DNA from: Polyangiaceae bacterium
Lineage (GTDB): Bacteria > Myxococcota_A > Polyangia > Polyangiales > Polyangiaceae
Direction: 5' to 3'
NCBI GenBank assembly: GCA_044376115.1
Contig: JBILLK010000010.1
Span: 288,488 to 352,487, forward strand
DNA length: 64,000 bases
The first letter of the stretch is position 1. Each line of letters begins with the position of its first letter. The position numbers were made by a program, and so were the translations under genes. Below the pieces are notes generated by a model that saw only the letters and a list, made by a program, of their open reading frames with translations, was not told the DNA's origin and searched no databases. Positions 62,404 to 64,000 of the stretch are shown here, in pieces.

Positions 62404-63771
62404 GGATAAGCCGCCTTCAGGAAGGTGATATTGCCAGAAGCCGTGGGCTCCAGGCTGCGAGCCACATTCGGATACTCATCGTGCTCGCTTTGGCTCGGTA
62501 AACAGGGACCGCGACAGTTCTCCCAAACAACCACGCCCAGCACATAAGGCCCGCCCCCCGGGTAGGTCGTGGAGAACACGGGCCCGCCGCTGTGACCCGA
62601 ACTAATGTCATGGTCGAACTTCCAGGTCCGTGGATTACCTGCAGACGTGTTATCCCCGGCGGACTTTCCGAACCCTAGGTGAGCATCTTGATACAGGACA
62701 AAGCTCTCGCCCGGCCGGTTCGTCCCGTCGGCGAAGAACATTGCCGCTGGCGCGCCCAAGCCTTGTTGCTGGACCGGGTAACCGGCGTTCTGCAGCACTG
62801 CGTTATTGGCAATGAAGCCCGGTGAAGGTGGGCCATAGGACATCCACCCTGGATGACCGTTGGGATAGGGTTCGGGGAATACTCCTCGCAACGAAAACGC
62901 ATCGTCCGGCAGAACCAAGATGGCGTAATCATGCTTGTTGCATGACTCCGAGCGTGGCGGGTTGTGGCAGCCTGCGTTTACGAACTCGGACGGGTACCAA
63001 TAGAAGTTGGTGAGGACTTGGCCGTAAGGCAGAGTGGAGTTAACCCGACGCGGTTGGTACGCCCAATTGTTTACTGGAAGCCCCTGCAGAGCTACACAAT
63101 GTGCTGCCGTAAGCACAATTCGCCTTCCCACGGCTACCGCTGAGCAACTGCCGGTAGTCGACACCGAGGGCGAACTCGGCAGGCTACCAATTCGCCGGTA
63201 GTTCGAGGCATCAAAGGGCCACGTCGTGGTGATCTTCCGCGGGCCACGACTATCTTGTCCGTTGGACCAACCTTGCGGCGAAGGCTCGGGCTCGCTGCCA
63301 AGCTCGGGCGAAGGAACTGGCGCCTCCGCTTCCGTTCCATCCGAATCAGCCCGATTGAAACCAAGTTCTACAGCTTGCTCATAAAGCCGAGCCAGCTCTC
63401 CCTCGTCAAATTCGTATTCCCACTCTGTACCCTCATCACCATTGACGGCGATCATGCGAACTTTGCCCGGCTCGGGGTCTACTGGCCAATCGCTATCCGC
63501 CAGGTTCGCGGCGATTTCTTCCATCACCAAAGCGCCTGCTGCCACTTGCTCAGGATCGGCTGATTCGCCTTGCGCCAAGAACGGCGCGGGTTCGGTGCTG
63601 ACCGTAACGGCTCGCCGCAAACGGCGCTTCACGTACTGGAGTTCATCTAACTCCGCCGCAATCTTGGCTTGCGCCTCAAACGTGGGCGCATTCGCCGTAT
63701 CTTCGGTGCACCCCGCTAGCTGCACCACCAAACCAAACCAAACCAAACCAAACCAAACCAAACCAACGCAT
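62400..63771 (-). CDS. Trypsin-like (S1) serine protease lipoprotein; ATG 63771 out of frame at current repeat number
   Basis: LTAAHC, HDYAIL, SGHSGGP triad; LAGC lipobox; only TTG/GTG starts are in frame (TTG 63761). Confidence 0.85.
63727..63766 (-). repeat. Simple sequence repeat (TTGGT)8
   Basis: (ACCAA)8 on plus strand, perfect. Confidence 0.95.
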
Positions 63772-63777
63772 CAATTG

Positions 63778-63805
63778 AGCATACAGAGGAAGCGAGAGGC
63801 CGCAA
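63778..63805 (-). promoter_or_regulatory. Candidate sigma70 promoter for a leaderless protease transcript
   Basis: TTGCGG-16-TATGCT, 6 nt before ATG 63771; no SD seen. Confidence 0.4.
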
Positions 63806-64000
63806 GTGGCAACATGACAGAACCAACAATCGAGTCCGTTCGCGGCCCGTTCTCCTCTCTCCTCTCGTCTCGTCTCCCTTCTGCCCCGTGCCCGTGCCCG
63901 TGCCCTGTACCGTTTCTTTTAGCTGAGGACGGGTTACACCTGCTCTCAGTGTGTCGTGGCGAATTCCCGAGGAGTGCCTAGCGTGCCCCGTTGCGGTCGA

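Noticed and set aside
53174..64000. Genomic island integrated at tRNA-Leu
   Set aside because: No integrase and no duplicated tRNA 3' end seen in the window; cannot be excluded beyond the edge.

Overview
GC-rich chromosomal window typical of a myxobacterium (Polyangiaceae/Sorangium-like, inferred from many Gly-linker lipoproteins, MYXO-CTERM-like tails and VIT-vWA giants). Core genes are asnS, rpsA, rpoN, polB, hslO, a partial hmgA and tRNA-Leu(TAG). They are interspersed with regulators (2 LysR, TetR, a sigma54 two-component pair), enzymes and many uncharacterised lipoproteins. No integrase, transposase, CRISPR array or rRNA was seen. Best leads: (1) a lipoprotein trypsin-like protease whose signal peptide contains a (TTGGT)8 repeat that puts the likely ATG out of frame, coupled to a tandem array of Cys-rich lipoprotein paralogues with variable loops; (2) a 3-gene cassette (tiny sorted Cys-rich protein plus two membrane proteins) bracketed by a 76-bp ungapped non-coding direct repeat; (3) a zinc-ribbon/HhH, pentapeptide-bactofilin fusion and bactofilin operon upstream of rpoN, with an antisense sigma54 site; (4) a coupled pair of FecR-VIT-vWA-TPR proteins. 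Domain calls are from motif recognition by eye, not database searches.
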